The translations under genes and the position numbers were made by a program. A stretch of 35,009 nucleotides of DNA. Origin: Pedosphaera sp. (lineage in GTDB: Bacteria; Verrucomicrobiota; Verrucomicrobiia; Limisphaerales; SIBH01). A model generated the notes under the pieces. The model ran no database searches and had not been told where the DNA came from. It saw nothing but the letters and a program-made list of their open reading frames with translations. This document shows positions 7,470 to 21,513 of the stretch, piece after piece. Numbering within the stretch: position 1 is the stretch's first letter; every line of letters starts with the position of its first letter. Location of the stretch: positions 1-35,009 of the forward strand of contig JANOQV010000300.1 in the NCBI GenBank assembly GCA_031414955.1. Reading direction: 5' to 3'.

Positions 7470-8990
7470 TCACGACTTCTTCTCCGAAGGTTTTGCGGCG
7501 GCGGCGAGCCAGGCACGGCCTTTCTCGGTGAGCCGGTAGCGTTGGAGACGGCTCTGCGGTTTGTCGGGGATGGTGCGCTCGATGAGGCCAGCCGCCAAAG
7601 CAGGCTCAATGTAGAACAGCCGAAAGTGAGTGCGGTCTTTCAATTCCAGTTTGCTTCGCATCTCCGCGCTGCCGATTTCTCCCCCAGAGGTGAACAGGCG
7701 TAGCAGTGTCACAACTGGTGGGGCGACTGGTGGGGTGACTGGTGGGGTGACTGGTGGGGTGACTGGTGGGGTGACATGCCCCGCGACTTGCCCTGTCACC
7801 CGCTGTTTCTCAAACCACTCCGCCGGTTTGAAGGTCACGTAGACACTCGTGGCCTGCTCCTTCCACTCCGGCAGCGGGCAGTCGAACTCTTTGCACCAGT
7901 CGAGAATTTTCAGCGTGCCCATGCCCCAGCGTTCGATGACTCCGGCGCGGTAAAAGACGTTCGCGATGATGGGATTCCACGGCTTGGACTCGTGCGGCAC
8001 GATGAGCTTGGCCGGTTCCATGCCGAGATGGAATCCGCCGGGGTTCACGATTTCCAGATGTTCGTCATACATGGCCACGGCGATGGCTCCACCGGCCATC
8101 GTGTAGTCGCGGTGACAGATGGCGTTCGCAATCGCCTCGCGTGTAGCGCGGGGCGGATAGGCCGGGCGGTCTTCGCGGCGCATCTTGCCCTCGACGACGC
8201 GGCCCGCGATGGGCACATGGTCGAGCAGGAAACCTTCACCGCGCCGCAACAGGTCGAAGGCGTGACCCCAGTAGTGGCGGTTGTCGGTGAAGTCCGCGAG
8301 GCGGTTCACGCCACGGAAGCGGGCGAGGCGGGCGCTGAATTGCGGATAGAGCACGCGGAGCCGCTCGCTCTTGCCATAAAGCGCCACGGCGGCGTTGAGC
8401 AGCTTGCCATCGTGAATGAGTTCGAGGCCGCGCAAGATGGATTTGAGGTCGCGGCTCTTCGGAGCGGTGAGGCGTCCGAGGTCGATGGCGTTGCGGAGCG
8501 TGGTGCGGATTTCCTCGGCGTCGAGGTCGGCCACGGTGACGCCCTTGGGCACGGGCTGATTTTCCCAGCGCGTCGTGGCGTGCAGACGCTCCATGAGGCG
8601 GCGCTCGTAATCATGGCGCGGCATCGGGCGCGTGGTCGGGCCGACGCGCAGGAAATAGCGCCCGTCGTAATTGAACAGCCCGCCGCCGCCCGGCACGCGC
8701 AGGACGATGAACGAGCGGCCTTCCTTGAAAGGCACTTTTTCAACTTCGGGAAACGCGGGAGGCTCGATGCGGGCCAGTTCATTGGTGACTTCCTCGACCG
8801 TGCGCTGGCCGATGTCCTGACCAATTAACTCGCCCTTGTCATCAACGCCGAAGACGACGAAGCCGCCCATGCCATTGAGCATTGCGCAGACGGTGCGGGT
8901 CGCCTCGTTGCGCGTGCCGGTGGAGCGTTTGAATTCCACGCGCTCAGACTCGCCCTTCGCAGCGAGACGTTTCAGTTCAGCCAAGGTCAT
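7470..8990 (-). CDS. AlbA_2 (Schlafen-like) + HATPase_c_4 (RecG C-terminal-like) + C-terminal winged-helix protein, 506 aa
   Basis: GESERVEFKRS, CAMLNGMGGFVVFGVDDKG, REAIANAICHRDY, NPIIANVFYRAGVIERWGMG, and C-terminal YIEPALAAGLIERTIPDKPQSRLQRYRLTEKG. Start MTLAELKRL (ATG 8990). Confidence 0.88.
   Translation of the reverse strand: MTLAELKRLAAKGESERVEFKRSTGTRNEATRTVCAMLNGMGGFVVFGVDDKGELIGQDIGQRTVEEVTNELARIEPPAFPEVEKVPFKEGRSFIVLRVPGGGGLFNYDGRYFLRVGPTTRPMPRHDYERRLMERLHATTRWENQPVPKGVTVADLDAEEIRTTLRNAIDLGRLTAPKSRDLKSILRGLELIHDGKLLNAAVALYGKSERLRVLYPQFSARLARFRGVNRLADFTDNRHYWGHAFDLLRRGEGFLLDHVPIAGRVVEGKMRREDRPAYPPRATREAIANAICHRDYTMAGGAIAVAMYDEHLEIVNPGGFHLGMEPAKLIVPHESKPWNPIIANVFYRAGVIERWGMGTLKILDWCKEFDCPLPEWKEQATSVYVTFKPAEWFEKQRVTGQVAGHVTPPVTPPVTPPVTPPVAPPVVTLLRLFTSGGEIGSAEMRSKLELKDRTHFRLFYIEPALAAGLIERTIPDKPQSRLQRYRLTEKGRAWLAAAAKPSEKKS
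7713..7796. repeat. Coding 12-bp tandem repeat encoding the TGQV-AGHV-(TPPV)4-APPV linker
   Basis: AACTGGTGGGGC, four exact GACTGGTGGGGT (7725-7772), then GACATGCCCCGC and GACTTGCCCTGT. Confidence 0.9.
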
Positions 8991-9091
8991 GGGAGAAAAG
9001 CGTAGCGACCGAAGGCGCGGCGGTCTAGGAGCGCGAGGTTCCGACAGCGCACGAGCCGCCGGGGCGAAAAAGAATTCGTGCGCGTGCTCAT
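8987..9091 (-). CDS. Putative 34-aa bridging mini-ORF
   Basis: ATG 2 nt after the DUF262 stop; its TGA overlaps the AlbA-gene ATG (ATGA). MSTRTNSFSPRRLVRCRNLALLDRRAFGRYAFLP. Confidence 0.3.
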   Translation of the reverse strand: MSTRTNSFSPRRLVRCRNLALLDRRAFGRYAFLP

Positions 9092-9093
9092 GG

Positions 9094-10743
9094 TCAGTCC
9101 TTGCGGAAAAGCCGGATGCCAGCCTCGCGCTCGAACGTCCGGCAAAGCACATCGAGACGGTCGGCCTGAAACTGTTTGTAGGCGCGGCGAACATTGCTGT
9201 CCCAGATGCCGCTGCCCTTGAAGTGCGGGATGAGATGGCTGGCCATCACCCGGCTGAACGATTTCTTCCGGCGAAATTCATCGAGGTAGTCCACAGGGCG
9301 CTTGTTGCCGATGGATTGATTTTCCCGCGCCACGACGAAGCAGACGTTGCAGAGGCTGTTGTATTGGCGGTCGGCGAAGTTGTTCCGCTTGAGCAAGTCC
9401 CTGGGGAAGATGTGGTGCTTGTCCTTGCGGTCGGCACGGGTGGAGTGGTCAACCGGAATGCGGTCGCCGTTTTCGAGATAGCGCGGCTGCCGGACGGAGA
9501 GCAGACAGAAGAAAGCGTTGGTGAGTCCCGACCGGCGTGAGTAGTCGCTGTTCTTCACCTCGGAGCGCGGCACCATGTCGGTGAAGGTGAACCGGGCTTG
9601 CCGTTTTTGCGCGAGGGCGCGGAAGAAAGCCGCATCCTTGATGATGTTGCGCCGGAACCCACGACCCGCGTAACGCTGACCCACGCCGGTTGCCCAGAAC
9701 CACTTCTTCAATTCCCGCGCTTGCTTCGGCGTCGGCTGCGAAAGGCCATTGTAGAAAAAGAACAGGGCCAGCGTCGCAACCATGTTGTCGGAAGGCATGT
9801 AGCTGTAGCTGGGCACGCCGAGCGTGGTGACGAGGTAACCGACCGCTTTGCCGATGGCGTGGCTGACGCGCTTCCAGTCGCGCTGGAATTCCGAGAGAGC
9901 GCCCTTGTTGTCGGCGCGGAGGTTCTTTTCGAGTTTGTCGATGGCCGTGAGCACGGCGCGTTCGCCCACGTCCTTCTCACCCCTGGCGAGCGCGAAGGTT
10001 TGGAGAAGCGTTTCACGCGGGATGTGCTCAAAGCCGTTCCGCAATCCGCTGCGAAGCGTGTTGGCGAGGTGCCGCAGGTTGAAACGTGACGCACGGGTGA
10101 AGGCGCGGTCGGCGGCGCTGATGGGTGTGCCGCGTGAGTTGATGCGGATGAACGCCTCGCGCACTTCTTCGAGCTTGTTGGTCTTCACGAAGATGACCGG
10201 CACTTCGTAGCTCACCACGCGGCGGCGGCATTCGCGGACTTTCTGCCGTTTGTAATTCGGTAGCAGGCCGATTCTCGTCTGCCAATCGTCAGCCAGAATA
10301 TCCGTCACGGGAAAATGAACATCGGGGTCGGCGCGGCGCACGGAGACGAAACGGGTGGGCGCGTCGGCGGCGAAAACGAAGTGGATGCGCCGGAAGTCCA
10401 CGGTCTTGCCGTTGGAGTTGACGACCTGCTGGCCTTCGCGAACCTGGTGCAGCACGGAGAGGCGCTGCTGACCGTCGATGAGAAACCAGATGCGCCGGTT
10501 GCGCGGGTTGAACGGCGGCAGGATGTGGAGCGAGTGCCGCAGGAGGGTGTGGTTGTGGCTGTCGGTGTCCCAGACCATCACCGCGCCGATGGGCAGCTTC
10601 TGGTAGATGCTGTCGAGCAGGGCGCAGGCTTTCTTAGCGTCCCAGACAAACTCGCGCTGAATCTCCGGGATGGCGAAACGCTTCCGGCTGAACTCACGCC
10701 AGAGTGCCCGAATCTTGAAGTTGGAAACGTAAATCTCCTTCAA
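9094..10743 (-). CDS. DUF262 + HNH-like protein (GmrSD/SspE-type modification-dependent nuclease)
   Basis: TTG start with GGGGGAG RBS. DUF262 motifs IPEIQREFVW, LIDGQQRL and FIRINSRG; C-terminal DKHHIFP..NSLCNVCFV..ENQSIGNK. Confidence 0.85.
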   Translation of the reverse strand: MKEIYVSNFKIRALWREFSRKRFAIPEIQREFVWDAKKACALLDSIYQKLPIGAVMVWDTDSHNHTLLRHSLHILPPFNPRNRRIWFLIDGQQRLSVLHQVREGQQVVNSNGKTVDFRRIHFVFAADAPTRFVSVRRADPDVHFPVTDILADDWQTRIGLLPNYKRQKVRECRRRVVSYEVPVIFVKTNKLEEVREAFIRINSRGTPISAADRAFTRASRFNLRHLANTLRSGLRNGFEHIPRETLLQTFALARGEKDVGERAVLTAIDKLEKNLRADNKGALSEFQRDWKRVSHAIGKAVGYLVTTLGVPSYSYMPSDNMVATLALFFFYNGLSQPTPKQARELKKWFWATGVGQRYAGRGFRRNIIKDAAFFRALAQKRQARFTFTDMVPRSEVKNSDYSRRSGLTNAFFCLLSVRQPRYLENGDRIPVDHSTRADRKDKHHIFPRDLLKRNNFADRQYNSLCNVCFVVARENQSIGNKRPVDYLDEFRRKKSFSRVMASHLIPHFKGSGIWDSNVRRAYKQFQADRLDVLCRTFEREAGIRLFRKD

Positions 10744-10782
10744 GCTGCTCCCCCTTGTTCACGCATCAGTGTGGGAATCCTT

Positions 10783-13589
<2,807 letters not shown>

Positions 13590-13593
<4 letters not shown>

Positions 13594-16500
13594 GTCTCCT
13601 TTCCGAAGACGCTTGGGAACTCGCTGATGACGCTCGGCCAGTGCTCCGTGTGCTTGAAGCGAATCACGACGTAGCCCGCGTTCTCCATGCACTCGGTCTG
13701 AACGCCGTCGCGCTGATGACGCTCCGGGTAATCATGCGGCGGGCCGTCGATGTAGATGACCGCCTTGGCCTCGTGATAGTAGAAGTCGGGTCGCGTCTGG
13801 CACTGGTCGAACAACTGTTGGGAATGCGATGGCAGTCGGAGGTCGTTGGCCTCAAGCAAGCGCAGCCACTCGCGCTCCAATTCCGAATCAGCGCGGCGAA
13901 GAAGGTTATCCAAATGCGCCGCACGCGGAATCGAGGCTGGTGCGCTGGCGACTTTGGCCTTCGTGAATTGCAGGAGCAGGTCGCGGATTTTCTTCCGGTC
14001 GAGATGCTGATGGTCGGGCTGGTTGCCGTAGGTCATCAGGCAGTCGTAGCAGGCGGCTTCGCAAATCTCCTTCGAGCGCGGAGCTTTGCCGAGGTCGGCT
14101 CCGGTGTCCGGGTCGAAGTGACAGATTTCCAAGGCGCGGCGGCAGACCTTCGCGAAGGCATCACCTTCCAACAGTTGCCGAAGCACCCCCGCGCCGCCCT
14201 CCGCTGACTCGTAAATCAGAATGAGATTGCGCGGGTCACGGCCCGGCAGTGGCTCGACGGCAAGCTCGTTGTCCTCCAACTCGAACTCGACCTGGATGGC
14301 GTGTTTGAGCGCGGCCTGCAACGACGCCATGACTTCCATTTCGAGCGGCGCACACGGCTCAAGCAACAGCGCATTGCGGTGGTCGGTGACGAAAGGGATG
14401 ACGCGCTTCACCGCATCCGACATGGAATCGTCTTCGTCCTCCGGGTTCTGTTCGTTCCTCGCCCAGTAGCCGCGCTCGGTATCGAGCATGAAGCCGCGCA
14501 CCGTTTTGTCGGCGCGGCGACGAAAGCCGAGGTTGATGCGCCAGAGCGTGGCGGTGTGGCCGTAGTTGAGCTTGGCGATGGGTTCGCCATCCATCTCGAC
14601 GGTCGCGAGCTTGAACGACGGTTGCCCGCCCTGCACCCCGAAGCGAACGCCGGTGATGATGTCGTAACCCATCCGGCGTCGTTCCTCTTCGTCGGAGTTG
14701 ATGTTGTCGCGTCGCTTAGTGACGACGTTCTCCATGCGGAACAGTTGGGTCATCGGCTGACCAAGTTCTGCGCCGCAACGGTCACACACGTCCGGGTCGC
14801 TGCCGGTGCTGATGGGATGCAGGTAGCCACAGCCCGCGCAAATCTTGAGCCGCTGGGTGAGCACGTCATCGCTGCCAACCGGGAGGATGACGCCGTTGAT
14901 GATGTATCGTGCTCCATCGTGGTAGATGAACGAGCGCGGGCCGAATTCCGAGATGGCGAGGAAACGCGGACGAGAAAGGAATTCGTCCTTTCGTCCGGTG
15001 CGCCGCGCCGGGATGTAGGCCGACAACGGCAACCGGGGAAAATTGTAGCCCGGCAGGAAGCCTTCGCTGGCGAAGTAGCGGTAACTATAAAAATCCGACT
15101 GCCGCATGTTGTCGATGTCGCGCAGCAGTTCTAGTTGAGATTCAGCTTCACGACGGAGGCGCTTCGCCTGCTCGCGTTCGTCCTGCGTGCGCGAGGCGTC
15201 CACGATGATGGCGCTTTGCAGTTTGAACTGACGGAGCGCGGAACGGTAGAGGCCGCGCCAGCGTTCGCAGGCTTGCTCAAAATGGAGATGCACCTGATTG
15301 AAAACTTCATCCAGCCATTTGTCATCGAACCAGTCCGACTGTTGAAGGTCGTCACGGATGGTCGTCAGGATTTTCTGAGCGCGGATTTTCGCGCCGAGTC
15401 GGGGGCGACTCGCCATGATGTCATCGCGAACGTGTGGCAGCAGCATGAGCGTCGGGTCATCGCCATTCACGTCGAGCAGGTCTTTGAGCGACTTGCTCAA
15501 CGACATGCGTGTCTCCGCCAGCCAGACCGCGTGCAGGTGGGCGCGAATCAAATCCTCATTCGCCAGTTCGAGCCGGGGCGGAGTGACGGCTCCGGCAACC
15601 ATGTTCTCCGGGCGCTTGAAAAAGTATTGGTCATGCGAACTGCCAGTGGTGCAGTAGGAGAACACAAGCGCCGGTTGCCCGCTGCGGCCAGCGCGACCGC
15701 TGCGCTGCGCGTAGTTGGCGGGCGTGGGCGGGACGTTCCGCATGTTCACGACGTTGAGTTCTGAAATGTCTACGCCGAGTTCCATCGTCGGCGAGCAGAA
15801 GAGCACCGGGAGCTTGCCTTGACGGAAACGGTTCTCGCGTTCGACGCGACTCTCGTAGTCCACCTGGGCGGTGTGTTCTCGCGCTTCCAAGCCTTTGGTG
15901 TTCGCCGCCGTGGTGCGGTAGAAATTGACGAAGAACGGGTTCGTGCGCCTGCCGTTCTCCGGCACGTTCGGCACACGGATGGGGTCGTGGAATGATTTCG
16001 TGCCAGCACCCACCGTCCACACCATCGCCGAGGCCGACAGTTGATAGCCGTCTACCTTTTCGTCGCCGTCACCTTCCTCCACGACTTCGACCAAGCCGCC
16101 GACTTTCAAGACATCGAGCAGATTCTGAATGATGGCCTTGATGTCCTGAGTCGTGCGGACGGCGGTGTGCTGTGGAAAGGTGGTGCTCCGCTTGAGGAAC
16201 CGACCGAACCCGCCACGCGGCGAAAGAAAAACGCTGCCGCCGTAGTCGCCGCTCTTGCTCGGACGCGGGAACAGCGTCGCGGCGTGTTCGAGCTTTTCCT
16301 TGTCGTCGATGGCCCACGGCGAAACCAGATGCTGGCTGGCGAGTTGTTTGATTTGCTCCTGATAGTCCGGCTTGAGGTAGTCAACGTGGATGGCCAACTC
16401 GCGGCGCATGAAGTCGAGCAGCACCTTGCAAACGCGCTGCCGGGTTTCCGGCGACGCATCGACCAGCGCCGGGTGGAAGCTCTGCCAGTCGTCCTGGGCC

Positions 16501-18761
16501 TTGCACAAATCGTCGAGAACCGGATAGCGGATTTCTACCAGCCCGCACTGTTCGAGGTTCGGAGATGTGACACGCCAACCGCGTTTCAAATCACGGTAGA
16601 GCCGGTAGCCAATCATCTCGCGCAAGGCGCGTTTGAGATTGGTTTCTTCCTGATAACGGGCGTCAGGTTTCCGGGCATAGATTTCTTTCGGCAGACTGAG
16701 CGCCTCGAAAACTTTCTGCGTGAGTTCCTCGTGGTGAACTCCACCCGCCCCCGCCTTCTGAACCGCCTGATACAGCCCTGAACGCAGGAGTCCAATTTCC
16801 ACGAAGTCGTTGAAGTGCCCGGCTTGCAGGGCCGCGTCCTGGCGGTTGTCGGTGAAGCTGAGAAGTTTTCGGGCGTGCTCCTTGAGTGTGCCTTCCTTTC
16901 TCAACTCGGTGATGGCCGACATCGTGAGGATGGTGGTCGCGGTGCTGCGCCCCTCGGAACTCAGTTCGGCCAGCGCACCGAAATCAGAGCGGATGTTCAC
17001 GCCGTAGCTGACTCGGCAGTGCGGACAGAAACGGAACGGTGCCGGAATGAAGTGGCAGCGCAACCCGCCGTGCTCCTCGACGCCGTGCGTGTTCACAAAC
17101 ACTTTGAGCGGGCGATATTTTCTCCGGTCAGCGCGGATGACGAGAGCGCCCTTCCGCTCCTCAACCCAGTCATCGGGCAGCCGCTCGGCATACTCTGACG
17201 AGTCTTCTTCGGGCCACGGGTCAACGGTGTTGATGTAGATGAATCCCGCTTCGCTGTCGTCCTCGGTGAACAGGTCGTTCAACTCGCGTGGCAAAAGTTG
17301 GCGTTTGCCCGTCTGCTCGTCGGCGACGAACCGCGCCGCGTAATACTCCTGCCCGCACTCGCGACAGAACGCCAGGGGCAGCAGAATCCGGTCACGCTTT
17401 TCGCCCGGCACATACTTCTGCTTCTCCGTCGTCACGTAACGCGATGACTCTGGTTGCAGGGAAGCGTGAACCGTGTCGCCCTTGCTGATGAATTGATGGA
17501 GGCGGAAAGCGAACGCCGGGAAACTTGTCTCTGGATTCTGACAGGCGTAACCAGCGAGCAAGCCCTCCTGCAACGCCTGTTCACACCGACCAATCTCAAC
17601 GCCTGTGTCCTTGCTCAGTTCAGCCGCTGCGCCGTCCTCGCCACTCAGCTTGCGCGGCTTGGCCCGGATGAGCCTGCCCGAACCCGGCTCCTGCTGGATG
17701 CCGAGTGTCGTCTCAATCCAGATGGACAGCGGGTCGTTGATGAAATCGTTGTAAGCAGTTGGTGGAGCCTGCTCGTGGTTTTGCAGCCGCACTTTCAACG
17801 ACTCGATGAAGGCCGGGTCGTTGTGATTCTTCAACGGCGTGGCCCGGCGCAATGTTTCGCCGATGACGTTCGCGGGCTTCACGGTCGAACCGAAGAGGCG
17901 CGTCGCAACCGTCGCGACTTCCTGCCGCTGTTCTTCCTGTGTGCCTCCGCCCGCCAGCGTTGCCGAGGTGCCGACGAGTTGAAGTTTGTCGGCTTCGAGG
18001 ATGTTCTTCACGCGACGCAACAGCATCGCCACATCCGCGCCCTGTCTGCCGCGATAAGTGTGTAGCTCGTCCAACACCAGAAAGCTCAACCCTCTCGCCG
18101 CTTCAATCAGCTTTCGCTCGAAAGGCCGCGTGAGGATGAGTTCCAGCATCACGTAGTTCGTGAGCAGGATGTCGGGCGGGTTGCTGAGAATCGCCTCGCG
18201 CTTGGCCTCATCCTCCTGGCCGGTGTAGAGCGCGAAGCGGACGGGCGGCTTGCCTTCTGGATAACCGTGGCAGAGGAACTTGGTCAGTTCGTTGTGCTGG
18301 CTGTTGGCCAGCGCGTTCATTGGGTAAATGACGATGGCCTGGATGCCCTTGCCGGAACCGCGCCGGAGCACATGGTCAACAATCGGGACGATGTAGCTCA
18401 GGCTCTTGCCGGAACCAGTGCCGGTGGTGAGGACGTAGCTCTCGCCGAGCCTGCCCGTCCGGGCGGCTTCCTCCTGATGCTTGTGCATCCGCATCTTTCG
18501 CCCGGTGTCCTCGGCGTCCTGCTTGATGCGGAAAATCCGCGCACATTCTGAATGCAGGACGCCCGCATCCACCAAGTCGTCAATCCACGCCCCCGGCTCG
18601 AACGACGGGTTCAATTGAGTCAGCGGTTCCGGCCAAAGCATCCCCTCTTCGAGCCGCTGCTCGACATGCGTTCGGATTTTCTCGTCCCGAATCTGGATAA
18701 AGCTCCGCACGTAGTCGGAGTAGTGCGCGATGAGTTGGTCGCGGAGGTTGAAGACGTTCAT
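13590..18761 (-). CDS. YprA/Hrq-like DExH helicase with DUF1998 Zn domain and C-terminal Vsr/DUF559-like nuclease, 1723 aa
   Basis: [48 protein letters not shown]; several CxxC pairs; DUF1998-type [10 protein letters not shown]-terminal [21 protein letters not shown]. Confidence 0.9.
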
Positions 18762-18877
18762 CGAGTAAGTAGTAACGCCTCCGACCAGCGGGTTGGGGAG
18801 GAATGGGGGCGCGTGGTCGAGGGGCCGCAGGCTGCGACCTCATCCTCTCTTTTGTTCGCCGGTTTTATGCGTTCCAT
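18758..18877 (-). CDS. Putative 39-aa leader ORF coupled to the helicase
   Basis: GAGGA 6 nt before ATG 18877. [39 protein letters not shown]; its TGA overlaps the helicase ATG. Confidence 0.35.
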   Translation of the reverse strand: MERIKPANKREDEVAACGPSTTRPHSSPTRWSEALLLTR

Positions 18878-19222
18878 AGTGCGTCCTCAACTCCGGCCCC
18901 GTCCGGCTGGGCGGGCTGTCGTGATGTCCTGTGTCAGCCGGGGGCAGTTGCTTGGCGGTGAGTCAACCAGCGCCGCTGTCCCGACGCAAGAGCCACGAAG
19001 GGACGGGAACGTCGGAAATTTTTTCCACCGCTAGTCGAACTGGGAAGCACACTTTGCTGTCGCGTCTACGACTGGCCCAGTCCGCAATGCAGCGTGCCGC
19101 TGACGGCAGCGATTCGGAGCGCCGTCTACGAGGCAACTTCGCATTCCATCTCCGTATACAGCGCAAGAAGCGACTGGTGCTGTGTAGACGAGGACGCCGC
19201 TGACAGCATTTGCGTAGACGAT

Positions 19223-21220
19223 TCAGGACGATTTCTTCCAACCGTCAGCGATGGCGTTGATGGCCAGGATGACCTTCTTGAAATTCTCCACCGTCTCCAC
19301 GGGCAAGTCCGCGAGCTTCTTCCTCGGCAGGTCATCCATGATGCGTTTTGCTGCGCGGCCTTTGTTGAACTTGTCTACACCGTGCGCCTTGAGGGCTTCT
19401 TCGATGCGCTGGATGACGGGGCGGCTCCTGTCGGCAGGAACGACAAGTGGCTTGCCCCCAAGTTCCTTGGCATACGCCGCGCTGACGTGCCCCACGTAGT
19501 AGCCTTCATCGAACAGGTCTTCGAGCGTGCGCTGGTCAACCACACCGAGCACATCGCCGAGCCGAAGGACATGCTTCTCGTCGAGAATCCACTGATGAAT
19601 CAGTTGCTCGTAAGCGGTCTTGCCCTCCGGGTCGGAATCCAGCAACACCGCGACCTTGAGGTTCTGGCCGTGCAAGATGGTGCCGACGTAAGCGGCCTTG
19701 CTGGCTCCGCCCACGGGCGTCAACACAAGCTGTTCATCCAGCCCTGTCTGCCCTGCGTCTCGCAGCAGGGTGGAGATACTGGTCAGGAACCAAAAATCGG
19801 TCACACCTTCCACCACGAGGTTGAACTGCCCGACGAACAACGACTGGCTCCACGACAGCCCCAGTGCCGCTTGCAACGTGAACCGCGCATCCTTGTCTGC
19901 CGTGGCCCAGTTCTTGTGAACCTTCGTGCCCGCATTCGGCATTTCCTCGGCGACGTAGATGTTGTCCAACCGTGTGAACTCAATCATAAACGGCAGGTGC
20001 GTTGTGTAGACGAGTTGGTTGGACTGGGCATACGCCTTCATCCGGTTCAGCAAGTCACGTTGCGCTGCCGCGTGCAGATGCAGGCCCGGCTCATCGAGCA
20101 GGATGATGGCGTTCTCGAACTTCCCTTGCGTCTCATACATGAACATCATGTCGAAGGAGAAGAACCACTGGAAACCGCGTGACCGCTCTTCCAACGGCAC
20201 GAGCACTTTGTCTTTGGCGTCCTTGACGAAGGTGATGAAGTGCTGGCCGTCGGCCTGAAACATCACTTCGTATTTCTTCTGCGACCAGCGGTCGGCAATG
20301 AGGCTGGTGAGCGTCTGGCTCGCGTCGTTCATGTCGAGGATGCGCTGCTCGCGGTCTTCCTCGTTTCCCTTCTTGACCTCCTGTTCCAAATTCAACCCTG
20401 ACATTTCCATCAGGATGGTGACCGTCTCGTCATCGTCTTGCGGTTCACTGCGCTGCTTGCGCTTGAGCACTTCATCCAGTTGAGCGGCCCCACGGAAAGT
20501 GCGGTAGTCGTCCATGTAGACGAACGTCGGCATCCGGGCGTGAATGAAGTCCACCACTCGTTGCATGGGCGTGGTTTCGATTTCACTGACGGTCGCGTCG
20601 ATTTGAGCTTGGAGTTTCTGAGCGGCCTGATTGTCCAGCGGCTGGTTGTGCGGATGAGGATACGTGTTCACCTGCGCTTTGAATTTGGGCGCTTCCTTGA
20701 CGGCGTGCTGACTGCCGCCATGCTCCTTGACGCCCTCGATAAACGTCTTGAATCCAGCCTTGTATTGATTCTTGAAGTGGTCGCTGCACGGTTCAGGTGG
20801 ATGGCCCAACTGCTTCTTCAACAGGCTCACCACCCACATGAGGTCGTGGTCATCGTTCGGGTTCTTGGGGATGAAGTTGTGCAGGTATTCCCCGGCATAG
20901 TTGCGTTTGATTTCGACGCCGGTAATGCCTTTGGCCGACTCGTGGATGGCTTCGATGTCAGCGACTTCCGCCGGGGTGAACTGAAAGCGCACGGTGGACA
21001 CCACCTTGTCCTCGGACATCTCCTTGCGCCTGCCGCGTGGCCACTCGCGCTTGAGATTGTAAGGCTCATCGTGGAACGGTTTGAACTTCCAGAGCGCAGT
21101 GAGCAGCGAGGTCTTGCCCGACTCGTTCTTGCCGACGATGGCCGCGATGTCGTCGATGGCGACCCAGCCGGAGTCCTGGATGGAGCGATAGTTTTCGATG
21201 CGAAATTCGGTGAGCTTCAT
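19223..21220 (-). CDS. OLD-family ATP-dependent nuclease (ABC/AAA_15 ATPase + TOPRIM), 665 aa
   Basis: IENYRSI, Walker A VGKNESGKT, signature RSRGFQWF, Walker B ILLDEPGLHLH, H-loop YTTH; TOPRIM LVVEGVTD and VLLDSD; AGGAG RBS. Confidence 0.88.
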   Translation of the reverse strand: MKLTEFRIENYRSIQDSGWVAIDDIAAIVGKNESGKTSLLTALWKFKPFHDEPYNLKREWPRGRRKEMSEDKVVSTVRFQFTPAEVADIEAIHESAKGITGVEIKRNYAGEYLHNFIPKNPNDDHDLMWVVSLLKKQLGHPPEPCSDHFKNQYKAGFKTFIEGVKEHGGSQHAVKEAPKFKAQVNTYPHPHNQPLDNQAAQKLQAQIDATVSEIETTPMQRVVDFIHARMPTFVYMDDYRTFRGAAQLDEVLKRKQRSEPQDDDETVTILMEMSGLNLEQEVKKGNEEDREQRILDMNDASQTLTSLIADRWSQKKYEVMFQADGQHFITFVKDAKDKVLVPLEERSRGFQWFFSFDMMFMYETQGKFENAIILLDEPGLHLHAAAQRDLLNRMKAYAQSNQLVYTTHLPFMIEFTRLDNIYVAEEMPNAGTKVHKNWATADKDARFTLQAALGLSWSQSLFVGQFNLVVEGVTDFWFLTSISTLLRDAGQTGLDEQLVLTPVGGASKAAYVGTILHGQNLKVAVLLDSDPEGKTAYEQLIHQWILDEKHVLRLGDVLGVVDQRTLEDLFDEGYYVGHVSAAYAKELGGKPLVVPADRSRPVIQRIEEALKAHGVDKFNKGRAAKRIMDDLPRKKLADLPVETVENFKKVILAINAIADGWKKSS

Positions 21221-21513
21221 TGTTTGTTCTCCTGCGTGAGCCGAGTGTCCCAGTTGAGTTCGATTCCTGCCGCGTGGTCAGCGCGTGCCTTGTCCATGCA
21301 CGCATTCGCCCTCGTGTGAGTGGCGGGTTCAATCTGCGCCGTGTAGGCGACTAAGTGTCCCGATGGCATTTGGTGACTCTAGTTGAACCGGTGCCGACCG
21401 GGCAAGCGCCACGCCAGCGTCCGTGATGACAAGTGAAGGTGCCATGTCGTCGAGCACGGGACACGCTCCTGTCCCGGCGTCTCGAACGTGAACACCGCGC
21501 CAGTAGTTACAGC

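Noticed and set aside
7348..7796. Possible CRISPR array
   Set aside because: Units are contiguous 12-mers with no unique spacers, and no cas genes are present.
8991..9194. Longer starts for the AlbA gene (9194), SNF2 (13692), peptidase (2689) and the 2890 ORF (3561)
   Set aside because: They overlap upstream genes extensively; internal starts with stop/start overlaps fit better.
19223..21220. Gabija or retron system call
   Set aside because: No UvrD-like GajB and no reverse transcriptase next to the OLD-type gene.
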